From Bugula neritina (taxonomy: Eukaryota; Animalia; Bryozoa): 64,000 nt of DNA. Positions within the stretch are counted from its first letter, which is position 1. Each line of letters opens with the position of its first letter. A program made the position numbers and the translations under genes. Below the pieces are notes generated by a model that ran no database searches, was not told the origin of the DNA, and saw only the letters and a list, made by a program, of their open reading frames with translations. The stretch lies in assembly GCA_964035545.1 (NCBI GenBank), contig OZ037770.1:992001-1056000 (forward strand), read 5' to 3'. Below, piece after piece: positions 50,550 through 62,400 of the stretch.

Positions 50550-53500
50550 ATGGACGAGGGAGTAACTTCAATGGAAGGAGGTGAGCAGAACATTATTATA
50601 GGCCCTCTCGGAGCTGGAGAGGAGGTATATAGGAACATGTTGGAGGTTCCCGTGTTCACAGGCTGCGAGGATATTGAACAATTCGTTCAAGAATTCCGTG
50701 AAACTGCCGCCATTGCAAGATGGCCGCCAAGAGTAACTCTTACAAAACTGCGGATGGCACTGACGGGAGAAGCCAAGCCGTACGGGTGGAAGCCTAGCAT
50801 AAACGGGATCATTGCTACACTACGGGCCCGTTTTGGCATGCCCGTTGCCGTCGCCAAGTCCAGACTGCGAGGATTACTCCGCAAGACATGTACACCGCTT
50901 TCTGACCACGCCACTCTGGTGCAGAGACTGGCACGGACCGCGTATAGCGATCTGCCAGAAACACACAGACGGCACTACACATTCGAAGCCTTTGTACAGT
51001 CTCTCAATTCTTTGGACTTCCACCACCAGTTACAAGCCAAGGGAGTGACCACAATTGAGGCTGCAATCCAAGAGAACAAGGCCTACGCTGGAGCCGAACG
51101 ACTCTATAAGACGGAAGAGGCCGTGCCCCAGCCCTCTAGGGAACCAGACTATCCGGTCCGCATAGCTGCCGCGACCACTAAAACCCCCATAGAGACGGAG
51201 ATAAGCCGCTTGATGACTAGACTGGGACAATTGGTGGCGACGATAACATACGACCACTCAAGGAAGAGCAAGAGGACGGCAGCAAAACCCCCCAGACCCA
51301 TGATGCGACGCTGGGAAAGCGGCAATCAGGGGCACCGCCACCTGAGCGGCCCACGATTCAAACGGCAGCAGAAACCACAACCTCCCCGGAGACCCCCAGA
51401 GCTCCGCGGACACACACAGAGAGAAAAACGGGGTGGGTGTCGCCAAGAGCCCGTACGGGCCCAGCGACACACCCCCCGTCAATGGCAAACACCTCGCCGT
51501 ACCAGCCAACCAGGTCGACCACGAGACCCCTTCTCTCTGCCTCTCACCAACCGCTTCAGTCCGTTACCAGTAATGGAACAGACCAGCGAGGCCCCTCAGG
51601 GCATCGGGGAGGATCAGAACACCTCCCCGCAAGGAAACTCTCACCGGCCCCGCAAACCGCGGAACAAACGGGCACAGCCCCGTTCGGCCGAGACCGAGCA
51701 CGCTGGGGGAATACGGGTACAACCTCACGGAGGCAGCTACTTCTTGCCAGGGAAGGTGGCCGGTAAAGCTGTCACCTTCCTGTTAGACTCCAGGTGTACC
51801 ACTAATATCCTCAGCCGTCGGGTCTTCAACACCCTCCCTCTCAAGGAGAGGGGAGCCTTAGCTCCCTATACCGGGGAACCGGGCACCCTAGCTGACGGGT
51901 CACGGATTCCTTTCTACGGTATCATAGAATTGGCTGGGCGCGTCCGCGACCAAGCCATTCAGGAAACCTTCGTCATCAGCCCACTGGAGGAAGATGCCAT
52001 ACTAGGGATGCCGTTCTTGAAGAGACACGGGTGCCATATTGACTTTAGCAAGTCAGCCATGCTAATGGGCGGCAAAGAGCTCACCTGTGTCGACAAGTTC
52101 GGTCGTCCTCTAGCGGGAGGTGTGCAGGTAGTACGCAACTGTACTATACCCGGCCGCTCCCGGGCTACCGTTCACTGCAGAGTGAACAATAGCCAACTCT
52201 CGGGGCTAGGGGTTGTCGAAGGTGCGCACTCTAGAATCCAACTCGCCAGCAGTCTTAACCAGCTGACTGATCGAGGAGAGATCTTGGTGCAGTGTGTCAA
52301 CCCCTTCTCCGAAACGGTACAATTACCGTCAGGATCCATGCTGGGTCGATTCCACTCCATCCAGGAGGAGGATGTAGGGCCGTCGCTGGGAGCTGCGACG
52401 GAAGGTCCCCAACAGAGCCCGTCAGTTAGGCGGGGGACCGTCCCATCACACGTCAAAGAGCTATACCAGGCAGCGTGTAACGGCTGCACGGGCAACGTGG
52501 AACGCCAGACTATGGCTCAGTTGCTACGTGATTATAGCGACGTGTTCAGCAGTGGGGACCATGACGTCGGCCTGACCACGGCCGTCCGTCATGAGATACC
52601 GCTGGCTGCAGGGACTACCCCTATTCGGCAGCCCACCAGGAGGCTGGGACCCGAGAAGGAAAAGGAGGTAAGCCAACAAGTCCGGGATCTTTTGGACCGC
52701 GGCCTCATCGAGCCAGCACATAGTGCGTGGAGTTCACCGGTCGTTCTGGTCCGAAAGAAAGACGGCAGTTGGCGGTTCTGTGTGGATTATCGCAAGCTCA
52801 ATAGCGTGACCATACAGGACGCCTACCCCTTACCCAGGATCGACGAATCTCTGGACGCCTTAGCCGGCAGCAAGTACTTCAGTACGCTAGACTTGTTGAG
52901 CGGCTATTGGCAGGTCCCCCTCAGCCCAGACGCCCAGGAGAAGGCGGCGTTCATCACGCGGGACGGCTTATGGAAGTGGAAAGTCCTCCCCTTCGGACTG
53001 ACTTCCGCCCCCGCCACGTTCCAGCGGCTCATGGAACAGGTCCTCAGTGGACTCCACTGGAAGACACTGCTAGTATACCTCGACGACGTCATCGTGATCT
53101 CCCCAGACTTTCAGACGCACGTCAGCCGTCTGCGGGAGGTCTTCGATCGACTCCGAGGCGCCAATCTGAAGCTCAAACCCTCCAAGTGCGCTCTCTTGCA
53201 GCCAGAGGTGAAGTACCTGGGGCACATCGTCGGCCGCCACGGCGTGGCGACGGATCCTGAAAAGGTACGAGCTATAGAAGATTGGGTAACCCCCCAGGAT
53301 TTGACCGGGCTGCGGGCTTTCCTGGGGCTGGTAGGGTATTACAGGCAATACATACCAGACTTTGCGGGGGTAGCGCAGCCGTTAAACCGGCTCACCGCAA
53401 AGGGGGTGACCTGGCAGTGGACTCCCGTCGAACAGAGAGCGTTCGACTGCCTCAAAGGCCGCCTGCTGGAGGCCCCTATCCTGGCCTATCCAGACCCTGC

Positions 53501-56009
53501 CCTGGAGTACATCCTCGATACTGACGCCAGTGACCAAAATGTCGGCGCTGTGCTGTCCCAGGTGCAGGAGGGCCGCGAAGTAGTCGTGGCCTACTACAGT
53601 AAGTCTCTCTCGCCCACTGAACGAAATTACTGCACTACCCGAAAGGAATTGCTGGCAGTAATCAAGTCGGTGAAGCATTTCAGACCTTATCTATACGGCA
53701 GGAAGTTCCGCTTGCGGACCGACCACGCCTCCTTGATTTGGTTATGTAAGAGAGCAGAACCGTCCAGCCAAGTCGCCCGATGGCTCGAGGTCCTAGCTGA
53801 GTTCTCTTACCGGATCGAGCACCGACCCGGTAAGAAACACGGCAATGCTGATGGACTGAGCCGGCGACCGGACGAGGGGTGTAAACAGTGCCTCAACATC
53901 GAGAAGAGGAACGGAGGTCCTCCAAAATCCGAGTTGAGAGCACTGAACCACTCTGAGACGGAGTATGGCTGGGACCAGGGTCAACTCCTACAGAAGGCCG
54001 CTACGCCCCCGGAGGCTATCCAACGCCTCCGTGCCAATCCTGTCTTGGCTGATAACGTTAGGGAGCTACGAAGACTCCAGGAGGACCTCCCTGGAGTGGT
54101 AGCCGACGTATATCGTGCCAAAAAGGAGGGGCGACGACCCAGTGAAGAACAACTGCGGCAGGGATGCACCGAGTTACGGTCGTACTGCCAACGTTGGGAC
54201 TCCCTGCGGATCGGGCCAGATGGTCTGCTGACCATCACAGTGGCTGCTCACAACAACCAGTACGGCAGGAAGAGGGTGATCTGCCCAGCCGCCATACGCC
54301 GGGAGTTAGTATGGGACACCCACAAGCAAGCCCACGCCGGGGCGAGCAGGGTGCTCTCCAAGTTACGACTCCGGTGGTACTGGCCCGGCATGGAGCGTGA
54401 GGTGCGGCATAGAGTCAAACAATGCGAAATCTGCCAGGCCAGCAAGCATGGCCGTCTCCCTGGTGAAGCGGGACGGCGTAGGTTATATGCTGGAAGGCCG
54501 TGGCAGGTGGTAGCTATCGACCTAGTCGGACCCATGCCCGTCACCCCCAGAGGAAACAGTTGGATCCTAGTATTAACCGACCACTTTACACGGTGGGCGG
54601 ATGCCCTGGCTATTCCAGATGCGTCCGCCCCCACAGTGGCCAGGGTGCTGGATCAAAATGTATTCTGCTATCTTGGACTACCTGAGCAAATACATTCGGA
54701 CCAGGGGGCTCAATTCCAGTCCCAACTGTTGAGCGACCTCTGCCGCCTCTGGGGAGTAAACCAAAGCAGGACCACCCCGTACCATCCTCAGGGCAACGGG
54801 GTGGTGGAACGCAACAATCGCATGTTGGGCGATGCACTGCGCAGTCTGCTCCTCGGCCGGGGTCAGGAGGAGTGGGATACGGTACTGCCGCAAGTCATGC
54901 GGGCCTACCGTAGTACACCACACACCAGTACGGGGGAAACCCCTAACCTCCTGATGCTCGGTCGAGAGACGCGAGTGCCTGACCACCTCACATACCACAT
55001 CCCAGAGCAGGACTATACCATCCACGAGTATGCCAGTAAATTGATAGAGGACCTGAGGGCCGCACACGAAATACTGCGGGCGAAGCAGTGGCAGGTACGG
55101 CGAGAGGACTCTCAGGAACCACCTCTCTATCGAACTGGGGACTGGGTGTGGATGGTCAACTACCGTAGGCGTCGAGGACAAGCGGCTAAGCTCCAGCCTA
55201 AGTTTGTGGGACCCTACGTAGTAGTTGAGGCTATGCCCAATCATACGTACAAGTTGGAGCGATCTGGACAGGTCTCTGTCCAGAACGAAACCCGCTTGAA
55301 ACCGTATTGGGCTAGCCCAGGAGCAGCAGGAGCAGCCCCCCCGTTGTTGGAGCCCAGGAGGCAGACAGTAACGCGTGGGCGGCAACGGCATGGACCCGAG
55401 TACGAAGTGGTCGTGCCGCGGGGAGAGGACTTGGTGAGGCAGGAGACGCCACTCCCACCAACGGAAGTGCGCCCACCGCCCCCAGTACCAAGTCTACCCC
55501 CACCACTTCCGGTTCCGCATCCGCGTCCGGAAGTGCAAAACCCCCCCGTGGGAGGGGCTCCATCTGGAGACAACAGCGGAGAGGGGAACACCACCACCAA
55601 CGGCGGGCCAGAAACACCACAGGTGGAGCAAAATAGCCCACCAGTGAGTACGCCGCCCCAACCAACAGCTACAACTCCCTCTCCAGCTGATACGTCACCT
55701 CCCCTGGAACGGGGACAGCGTACTAGACAACCCCCAGCATACCTTCAAGATTACATATGTGACCGTGTTACAAACGGCAGTTATGAAAGTCTAGCTGGGC
55801 GCCGTACGGAAGGACTGGCAGCAAAGCGTGGGAGTTGTGAACACCACGGAAATCTCAACTTTTGCGAAGGCGGAGTAGTAAACAAAACTACTACGCCCGG
55901 GGCAAATAGTTCCAGCCGTGCGCAACAACCACGCTGCCCAGTCTTTTCGTACGCTGACGTTGTCAAGGGAAGACGCATTCAAACTCAATCCACGGACATC
56001 CAAGCTTGA
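50550..56009 (+). CDS. Gypsy Gag-Pol polyprotein (PR-RT-RNaseH-IN)
   Basis: WRFCVDYRKLN, LPFGL, YLDDV, TDAS, ERNY..KELLA, TDH, HRPGKKHGNAD, H-x4-H..C-x2-C, IDLVGP, HSDQG, GVVER, PKFVGPY. Confidence 0.97.
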   Translation: MDEGVTSMEGGEQNIIIGPLGAGEEVYRNMLEVPVFTGCEDIEQFVQEFRETAAIARWPPRVTLTKLRMALTGEAKPYGWKPSINGIIATLRARFGMPVAVAKSRLRGLLRKTCTPLSDHATLVQRLARTAYSDLPETHRRHYTFEAFVQSLNSLDFHHQLQAKGVTTIEAAIQENKAYAGAERLYKTEEAVPQPSREPDYPVRIAAATTKTPIETEISRLMTRLGQLVATITYDHSRKSKRTAAKPPRPMMRRWESGNQGHRHLSGPRFKRQQKPQPPRRPPELRGHTQREKRGGCRQEPVRAQRHTPRQWQTPRRTSQPGRPRDPFSLPLTNRFSPLPVMEQTSEAPQGIGEDQNTSPQGNSHRPRKPRNKRAQPRSAETEHAGGIRVQPHGGSYFLPGKVAGKAVTFLLDSRCTTNILSRRVFNTLPLKERGALAPYTGEPGTLADGSRIPFYGIIELAGRVRDQAIQETFVISPLEEDAILGMPFLKRHGCHIDFSKSAMLMGGKELTCVDKFGRPLAGGVQVVRNCTIPGRSRATVHCRVNNSQLSGLGVVEGAHSRIQLASSLNQLTDRGEILVQCVNPFSETVQLPSGSMLGRFHSIQEEDVGPSLGAATEGPQQSPSVRRGTVPSHVKELYQAACNGCTGNVERQTMAQLLRDYSDVFSSGDHDVGLTTAVRHEIPLAAGTTPIRQPTRRLGPEKEKEVSQQVRDLLDRGLIEPAHSAWSSPVVLVRKKDGSWRFCVDYRKLNSVTIQDAYPLPRIDESLDALAGSKYFSTLDLLSGYWQVPLSPDAQEKAAFITRDGLWKWKVLPFGLTSAPATFQRLMEQVLSGLHWKTLLVYLDDVIVISPDFQTHVSRLREVFDRLRGANLKLKPSKCALLQPEVKYLGHIVGRHGVATDPEKVRAIEDWVTPQDLTGLRAFLGLVGYYRQYIPDFAGVAQPLNRLTAKGVTWQWTPVEQRAFDCLKGRLLEAPILAYPDPALEYILDTDASDQNVGAVLSQVQEGREVVVAYYSKSLSPTERNYCTTRKELLAVIKSVKHFRPYLYGRKFRLRTDHASLIWLCKRAEPSSQVARWLEVLAEFSYRIEHRPGKKHGNADGLSRRPDEGCKQCLNIEKRNGGPPKSELRALNHSETEYGWDQGQLLQKAATPPEAIQRLRANPVLADNVRELRRLQEDLPGVVADVYRAKKEGRRPSEEQLRQGCTELRSYCQRWDSLRIGPDGLLTITVAAHNNQYGRKRVICPAAIRRELVWDTHKQAHAGASRVLSKLRLRWYWPGMEREVRHRVKQCEICQASKHGRLPGEAGRRRLYAGRPWQVVAIDLVGPMPVTPRGNSWILVLTDHFTRWADALAIPDASAPTVARVLDQNVFCYLGLPEQIHSDQGAQFQSQLLSDLCRLWGVNQSRTTPYHPQGNGVVERNNRMLGDALRSLLLGRGQEEWDTVLPQVMRAYRSTPHTSTGETPNLLMLGRETRVPDHLTYHIPEQDYTIHEYASKLIEDLRAAHEILRAKQWQVRREDSQEPPLYRTGDWVWMVNYRRRRGQAAKLQPKFVGPYVVVEAMPNHTYKLERSGQVSVQNETRLKPYWASPGAAGAAPPLLEPRRQTVTRGRQRHGPEYEVVVPRGEDLVRQETPLPPTEVRPPPPVPSLPPPLPVPHPRPEVQNPPVGGAPSGDNSGEGNTTTNGGPETPQVEQNSPPVSTPPQPTATTPSPADTSPPLERGQRTRQPPAYLQDYICDRVTNGSYESLAGRRTEGLAAKRGSCEHHGNLNFCEGGVVNKTTTPGANSSSRAQQPRCPVFSYADVVKGRRIQTQSTDIQA

Positions 56010-56074
56010 ACGCTGAGTATGATTACAAATACCGGGTTCTCAGGTAAGCTTGCTCTGAGCTAACATTTCCACTC

Positions 56075-57163
56075 ATGGAAACCAGTCTACCATCAGTCAG
56101 TTCTGATTTAATCGCCTTGATTGAATCACAACTACTGGGGACTGAGTCTTACGTGAAAGGCGACGAGAACATAAAGATGGCCGACGATTTACTAGATCTG
56201 GAGCTTGACACTATGTCTCTCTGTCAGTCTACACGACACGAATCAGTCCCTCGAGTGCTATCTGAAAAGATGTATGACTCCCAGACTAGTAACAGTCGGT
56301 TGTCATCAGAATTATGGTGTAAAGATCATATTCGATCTAACAGTAATTCTGCTCTTTTAGATACCGCTCTCTCTCCTCTCTCTGGTGACATGCCGTCACT
56401 AGAAATGGCTTGGAACGAGGAACCCGTTCCCACTACTCTTCCGGAGGCACTCCTACAACAATCATGCTGGGTTACAACAGATACAGAAACACTGATACGA
56501 GAGCACAAGGGAGACGACCAATGCACCACTTGCCGTTTATGCCAGCTTCACTTCACTACCTCACGAAGACTTCGAGTTCATATTCCCCAACATTATTTCA
56601 CCACCTTTTGTCCCTGTGGTGAATATAGTTACCACAGGGACTACATCCTCCGTCACCAGCGAACTATGGGATGCCATATTGGACACCTGTTCGAAGTCGA
56701 CGAACCCTCCTTTCCACAATTCCTTAATCTCATCCGACCGTTCATATCAGACCCAGTTCGATATGAACGGCTGCGTCAGGAGTTCCCCGCACCCAGGACC
56801 ATCACACAGGGACCCTGCCCTAAACCACCCGGATATAGGAAACCACGCGTATCCCGTTCCTCACCCCCCGCACGCACGGTGCCCCACCCCGACTCCATAC
56901 CAAGAGTCGTGTTACGACGCATCGATATACCACAGCGATGGCGTCCCTCCCCCCCTGTCTCCCCAAGGCCTTCTCGTAAACGGCGTTGGCCATCTTCATC
57001 CCCCAACCGACACTCTGCCCCTGCCAGGAATCTAGGCGAGGCAGAAGAGCGGATACGAGAATTAGAGAAAGAGGTGCAAAGACTGACACCGAGAATCTCC
57101 GCCGCCGCATCAGAACTCCGGACCCTCTCTGCCTCTGTAGCCCGAATGAAAGGAAGTGCTTGA
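56075..57163 (+). CDS. Accessory ORF2 of the Gypsy element: C2H2-type zinc fingers, Pro/Arg-rich region, C-terminal coiled coil
   Basis: 362-aa ORF inside the LTRs with CRLCQLHFTTSRRLRVHIPQH, CPCGEYSYHRDYILRHQRTMGCH and AEERIRELEKEVQRL. Confidence 0.8.
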   Translation: METSLPSVSSDLIALIESQLLGTESYVKGDENIKMADDLLDLELDTMSLCQSTRHESVPRVLSEKMYDSQTSNSRLSSELWCKDHIRSNSNSALLDTALSPLSGDMPSLEMAWNEEPVPTTLPEALLQQSCWVTTDTETLIREHKGDDQCTTCRLCQLHFTTSRRLRVHIPQHYFTTFCPCGEYSYHRDYILRHQRTMGCHIGHLFEVDEPSFPQFLNLIRPFISDPVRYERLRQEFPAPRTITQGPCPKPPGYRKPRVSRSSPPARTVPHPDSIPRVVLRRIDIPQRWRPSPPVSPRPSRKRRWPSSSPNRHSAPARNLGEAEERIRELEKEVQRLTPRISAAASELRTLSASVARMKGSA

Positions 57164-59444
57164 AGATGATGTCCCTCCTCTCCCTATCCGTGATGGTACA
57201 GCAGGTGGTGCCCCATTACAGACCTTTCTCACGCCGGTGCTCACAAACAATTACTCAGTGTAACAATATAGTAACCTACCAGTATACAGCTCTACCTCTA
57301 CAAACTATCCCTTATAAGTGCCTCCCGCCGGTGCCATTGTGTATTTACTGTTATATTTTTTTATATATGTATGTGTTTCTTATTACTGTACATAGCCATG
57401 TTTTTCTCTTATGTACCACACGCTCTCTCGGTTTTTTTTATATAGTTTTATAACGTTTTATGTTCGAAATTATTGTATCTGTGTTATCAGAAAGTAGGGC
57501 TTTCTGCTGGGGGGGGGCGGTGTAGTAAGGACGTAATGCGCGCGTCCCCCGTATTCCTTCAGCCTATCCAAGTGCGTCACGTGATAGGCCTCAGAGTAGT
57601 AGTTTTGCAGTAGAGAGAGCGTGCTAACTAAGCGAAGATGTAATCTCTAGTCGGTGTACGTGCTGTATCTTTTATATAATTAGTAGTAAATAAACTTGGA
57701 AGCTTTTACCTAAATACTTTATTGCTGTAGATAAATAGACATAATTACAAGCTAGGAACCCACGCATAGTAGTTACACAAATTACTACAATACAACTTAA
57801 CTACTGCTAGTACTAACTGTATCAGTATTGGCTATTGACCGATGACCGAGTCCGATGACATAATACCCATATCCGGCACACCCCTTCCACCCTCTAGGCT
57901 CCAGGGCGGTCCATTATGATGACCACTTCGAGTTATCATCATAATAATTATTATCACTCTGTTGGTTCGAGTACAATACTGAAGATGTCGACGATGCAGC
58001 AGACTGTAGTGTTGCTTTGTGAAAATCGCTTGAAGCAGCACACAGTTAGTAGTCACTTAGTGGTCAGTGGGAAGAATGTATGAAGTTTGTAGTTGGGGTT
58101 TGAAGTTTGGGCATGATATCTATACAAACGCAGCAATTATTAATTCTCAACTTTTTGCTGCTTCTACGATTCTTTATTTTATAGCAATGTGAGGTACAGT
58201 GTGAACAAATTCAAAGGATTTACCACTTCTATAAACACCATACTGGGTCAAAAACTTTCTAGTACTCTGCAAACGCCAAAATGGGCAGACAACTCATTAT
58301 AAATATCATGCGGGGTAGACAACTCCTTAATGCTCCACGAATACTGTTTTAATTGAGCTTTCTATTTCTGTATTCAGTAACCAGTTGTAAATATTAAAGA
58401 TTCTATCTATCATCACAATTCTTACATCTCTTGTAACTTCTACATTAATGTTGGCATCACCTTGAGCTTTTAATTATTACTTGGAACAAATTTGTAAAGA
58501 TTTCTAGCAAAAAGACAATGCTGTTATGTGCAGATTTCATGTATAGTTTAAATGAATACTGCAAAAAACTTTGACTAAGAATTAATTGCTTTATCAACAT
58601 TTGAAGAATATTATCTTACGTTGCACATGATTAAGAATAGCTAGTGTGATTTAACAATGAAAATATTTATAAGCGACTTGGTTGGCCCCTTGATTCGCTG
58701 CAGCTTGTATCACTGTGCAGTGATTCCAGCTGCAGGCTTCCTCTATGTAGCCTGAGCTCTAATCAACTAGTAACCTTCTAAACACATATATGGTTATATC
58801 AGTATATCATCAGTAAATGTAGTCGCATGTCTTGCTTTCATTCGTCATTTATCAAAATGCATTGTTCCACATGCAGTGTAAATTTATTAAACAAATATGA
58901 ATTACAATTAAAAGTAACAAAACCGTACTCTATTTCCCCGAGTACATATAATAAATCCGCATTGTCTTTGGGAATGATGGAAAAAGTATAAAATACATCA
59001 GTCAACTGGCGCTTTGATGATCTACTTAGTAAAAAGGAATAAATATATTTTGAATTTAGAGGTCTAAAAATACTCATAAGTGGAATATCAACTCGGTGTA
59101 AAACATAGAAAACAAAAAGCGTGCAAATATGAAGAAAAGCTAATATGAGCCAAAAACAAGCCAAAAGTTACATTATGTTGAAAGAATCGTCCTGAGTAGT
59201 GAAAGTAAAACTTTGAATCACTGATTGGTGGTAGTACTGGTTGGTGTATAATTTAAAAGCTACACATGGTGCAGATGTGTGGAAATAATTATATGAGCCA
59301 AAACAATAGCAAAAAGCCACACAAAACTGAAATGATGTCTTTGGAGAAGTAAGAGTAAAACTTTAAACCATTGGACAGTGGTTTTTCCAAATGGCATTAT
59401 TAGCCAATCAAATCCCCTGTTACAAGTTCCAGTCTGCTAATGAC

Positions 59445-62400
59445 TCATGCCTTTGTCTGGTTGGAATTTGCTGCCAACACAGCCTTAGGAATGCTTGACT
59501 TAGACTTAGATTTACCATCTGGTAGGAAATCGGGACACGCTATCAGACCCTTCGATATCTGATCAAATCTTTTCATTAGGTCGTAGTTTATCTACAGAAA
59601 TAATTATATAGTTTATCTTGTAAATAAAACAGGCAAGGGGCAAAGGCTACACATAAGTCCAGAGGCTAAGAGATAAATATACAGAGAACTAAGGCTAAGT
59701 AGGCGTCACTTACCTCTTGGGAGACGACAGAATCTTTCTCGTAATCAGGGTGATTTGCTACAAAGTTCCGGATATACCTACAGTTTACAATTTAGACTGT
59801 AGACTATATTTAAAATATCCCAGCTTACCTAGCTGTAGTCTATATATAATATCCCAGCTTACCTAGCTGTAGTCTATATATAATATCCCAGCTTACCTAG
59901 CTGTAGTCTATATATATAATATCCCAGCTTACCTAGCTGTAGTCTATATATAATATCCCAACTTACCTAGCTATAGTCTATATATAATATCCCAGCTTAC
60001 CTAGCTATAGTCTATATATAATATCCCAACTTACCTAGCTGTAGTCTGTAGTTTGCCAGAAGCCCGTTTACTTATAAGGTCAAGGTAGCGACTGACAGTA
60101 CATCTAGTATCCACGTCTATTTCTATGTTGTCCATGTAGTCCAGTATAAAGGGTATGAGTCCAGTAAACTTGTCAGCGTGTCCATTTATTATCTCATCTA
60201 TACTCAGTTCCTGTCATGTGGTACACACAACTGATTGAGTGACTCAAACTCACCATCAGTGAATATTCAAAGTGACACATCACCAGCTCAGTGAACAATT
60301 GATGAGCTTTATAACTTGATACAAGTTATTAATTTTATGTTAAAATTCATCACATCAATATAGAAAACAACTTCTAGTTATCAGGAAGACTAAGTCACCT
60401 GTAAGTAAGACTCAGAGCAAGGCCTTTGGTCAGAGGTAGAAGTTAGGGTGGTGTATGATGTGTCCCCGCCATTTATTGTACTTGAAGAGTACTGATTCTT
60501 TTTAATGCTTGCAGACAAACTCGTACGGAAATAAAATCTACAATTGTAAGGGAGATAACTTACAAAAAACTAATTATTACTGGAAGGCAAAGATGGAGAA
60601 GCAACTCCAAATGCAGCCTCATTACAGAATTTTCTAGATTTTCGTAACTTTCAACAAACTGGATGCTATTAAATGTTCTACATTCCGTACTAAAAGAATA
60701 GTCAAAAAACTGAGTGTTCAAAAGGTTCTAGTAATTTGATTCAGAAACTAAAAATAGAAATACTATTTAAAAATGTGAAAAGTATGATCACTGTATGGGC
60801 AGCTAGTAGTAGTAGTAGTATATGTACAGTGTTTGAGAGAAGACAATTTCCTACCTCTCCGTAATCACAGCATCTCTCTTCTGAGCTTTCTTTATGTTCT
60901 CATCCACCTTTGATATGGGAATGAGCATGTTGAGATTGTAGGAGAGGATAACTCTAGTCAGCATCACCACAAACACAGTGAAGGCAGCATTTTCAAAGTC
61001 CGTCAGTTGACATTCGGTTGGTCTGAATTCTACTCGCCATCCGATCTGACTATTGGCTGGTGGAGGTTTGAACCTGACAAGGAGTTGTTAGAGTGAGTCA
61101 GTATGACTCAATGTGATTATTACTATGACTCGTACTGATTACTAGTATGAGTCATAGTATGTGACTGACTATGAATCATAATGATTACTAATATGAGTCA
61201 TAGTACATGACTAAGACTTACAGTACTATCAGAGTATAGTTTGAAGTTATAGATGATTCATAGTGTGATTCACAGTGACTCACACTGACTAATAGTATGA
61301 TTAACAGTAAATGAGAGTTGCTAGTATGAGTATGTATTTAATATACTGTATAAAACTGAAATTAGTAGCAATATAACTTACAGGATAAATATCTACTTAA
61401 TATGACTCAACGTTCTTTCCAGTATGACTCGAATTAATAATGAAGTAGTTAGTATAAGTACATGATCATAACTTATAGTAACTAATAGCACGACATGTGA
61501 GTATAACTGTGAGTGAGTGAGTGAGTCATAATTACCTCATATTCTGCCAGTTAGTGGACTGAATATTCTCAAAATGATCTGTTTCATTCTCATCATCACT
61601 CGTGAGTTTCTCTTTAAACAGAGAGATTGGATCTCGTATGAAGAGATGGGCAAAGTGCTTGGCTAGAAGATCGTCTATACCTCCTTCAATATTGAAAAGA
61701 AATCATGAAAAACAATTCAGTTTCACTCAACTAAGTAAACAGTCCATGGCATATCACTTGTAACACTTTTGATCTCTAAATATTATTTACTACCTTAAGT
61801 TAATAATGTACCTAAAGTAACTAAAGTAATTAATTATATTTATTTATTTATTTCACAGCACAAGAGAATGTGAACAGACCGTCACGTAATCGCTGGAATA
61901 TCTCCTGGTCGTACACCATAGGGATATCATTATATTTACTCCCTTCAGTGGACAAGTAACTGTCTATTGAGTCGTATCGAGATTTACTTATCATAAATCT
62001 GTCTGTCTTAAGAGGCACCTCCCCCTTTTCTTCTGCGGTCCTGTCATCTACTGAAGCTGAAATCACACTCCACCTGCAATAGAGTAAACACAGTTTTAGC
62101 TTTTAAACTGTAATTTAAATGTAGAACAATTGTCACAGGTGAGTAATACACTATGACACATGTCACAGGTGAGTAATACACTATGACACATGTCACAGGT
62201 GAGTAATACACTATGACACATGTCACAGGTGAGTAATACACTATGACACATGTCAGCAATGTAGTAAATATCACACTGCAGGAAGCACCTGACACTCACC
62301 TGTGATCAATGTCAGCAAGGTACCCTCTATATATAGGAGAAGATGCGCTGAGTGCCATTAGAATAGGAGTAAGAGGTGTCAGCTGGTCATACAGGTGTCT

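Larger units (their letters stand above)
50220..57789 (+). mobile_element. Full-length Ty3/Gypsy LTR retrotransposon
   Basis: 269-bp TG...CA LTRs at 50220-50488 and 57521-57789, apparently identical. 4-bp TSD ATAC. PBS TGGTGGCAGCGGTGGGAT (50490-50507, tRNA-Leu type). G-rich PPT before the 3' LTR. Confidence 0.97.

Noticed and set aside
50687-57453. Many short overlapping or antisense ORFs in the Gypsy element
   Set aside because: Expected by-products of GC-rich coding sequence, with no recognisable motifs.
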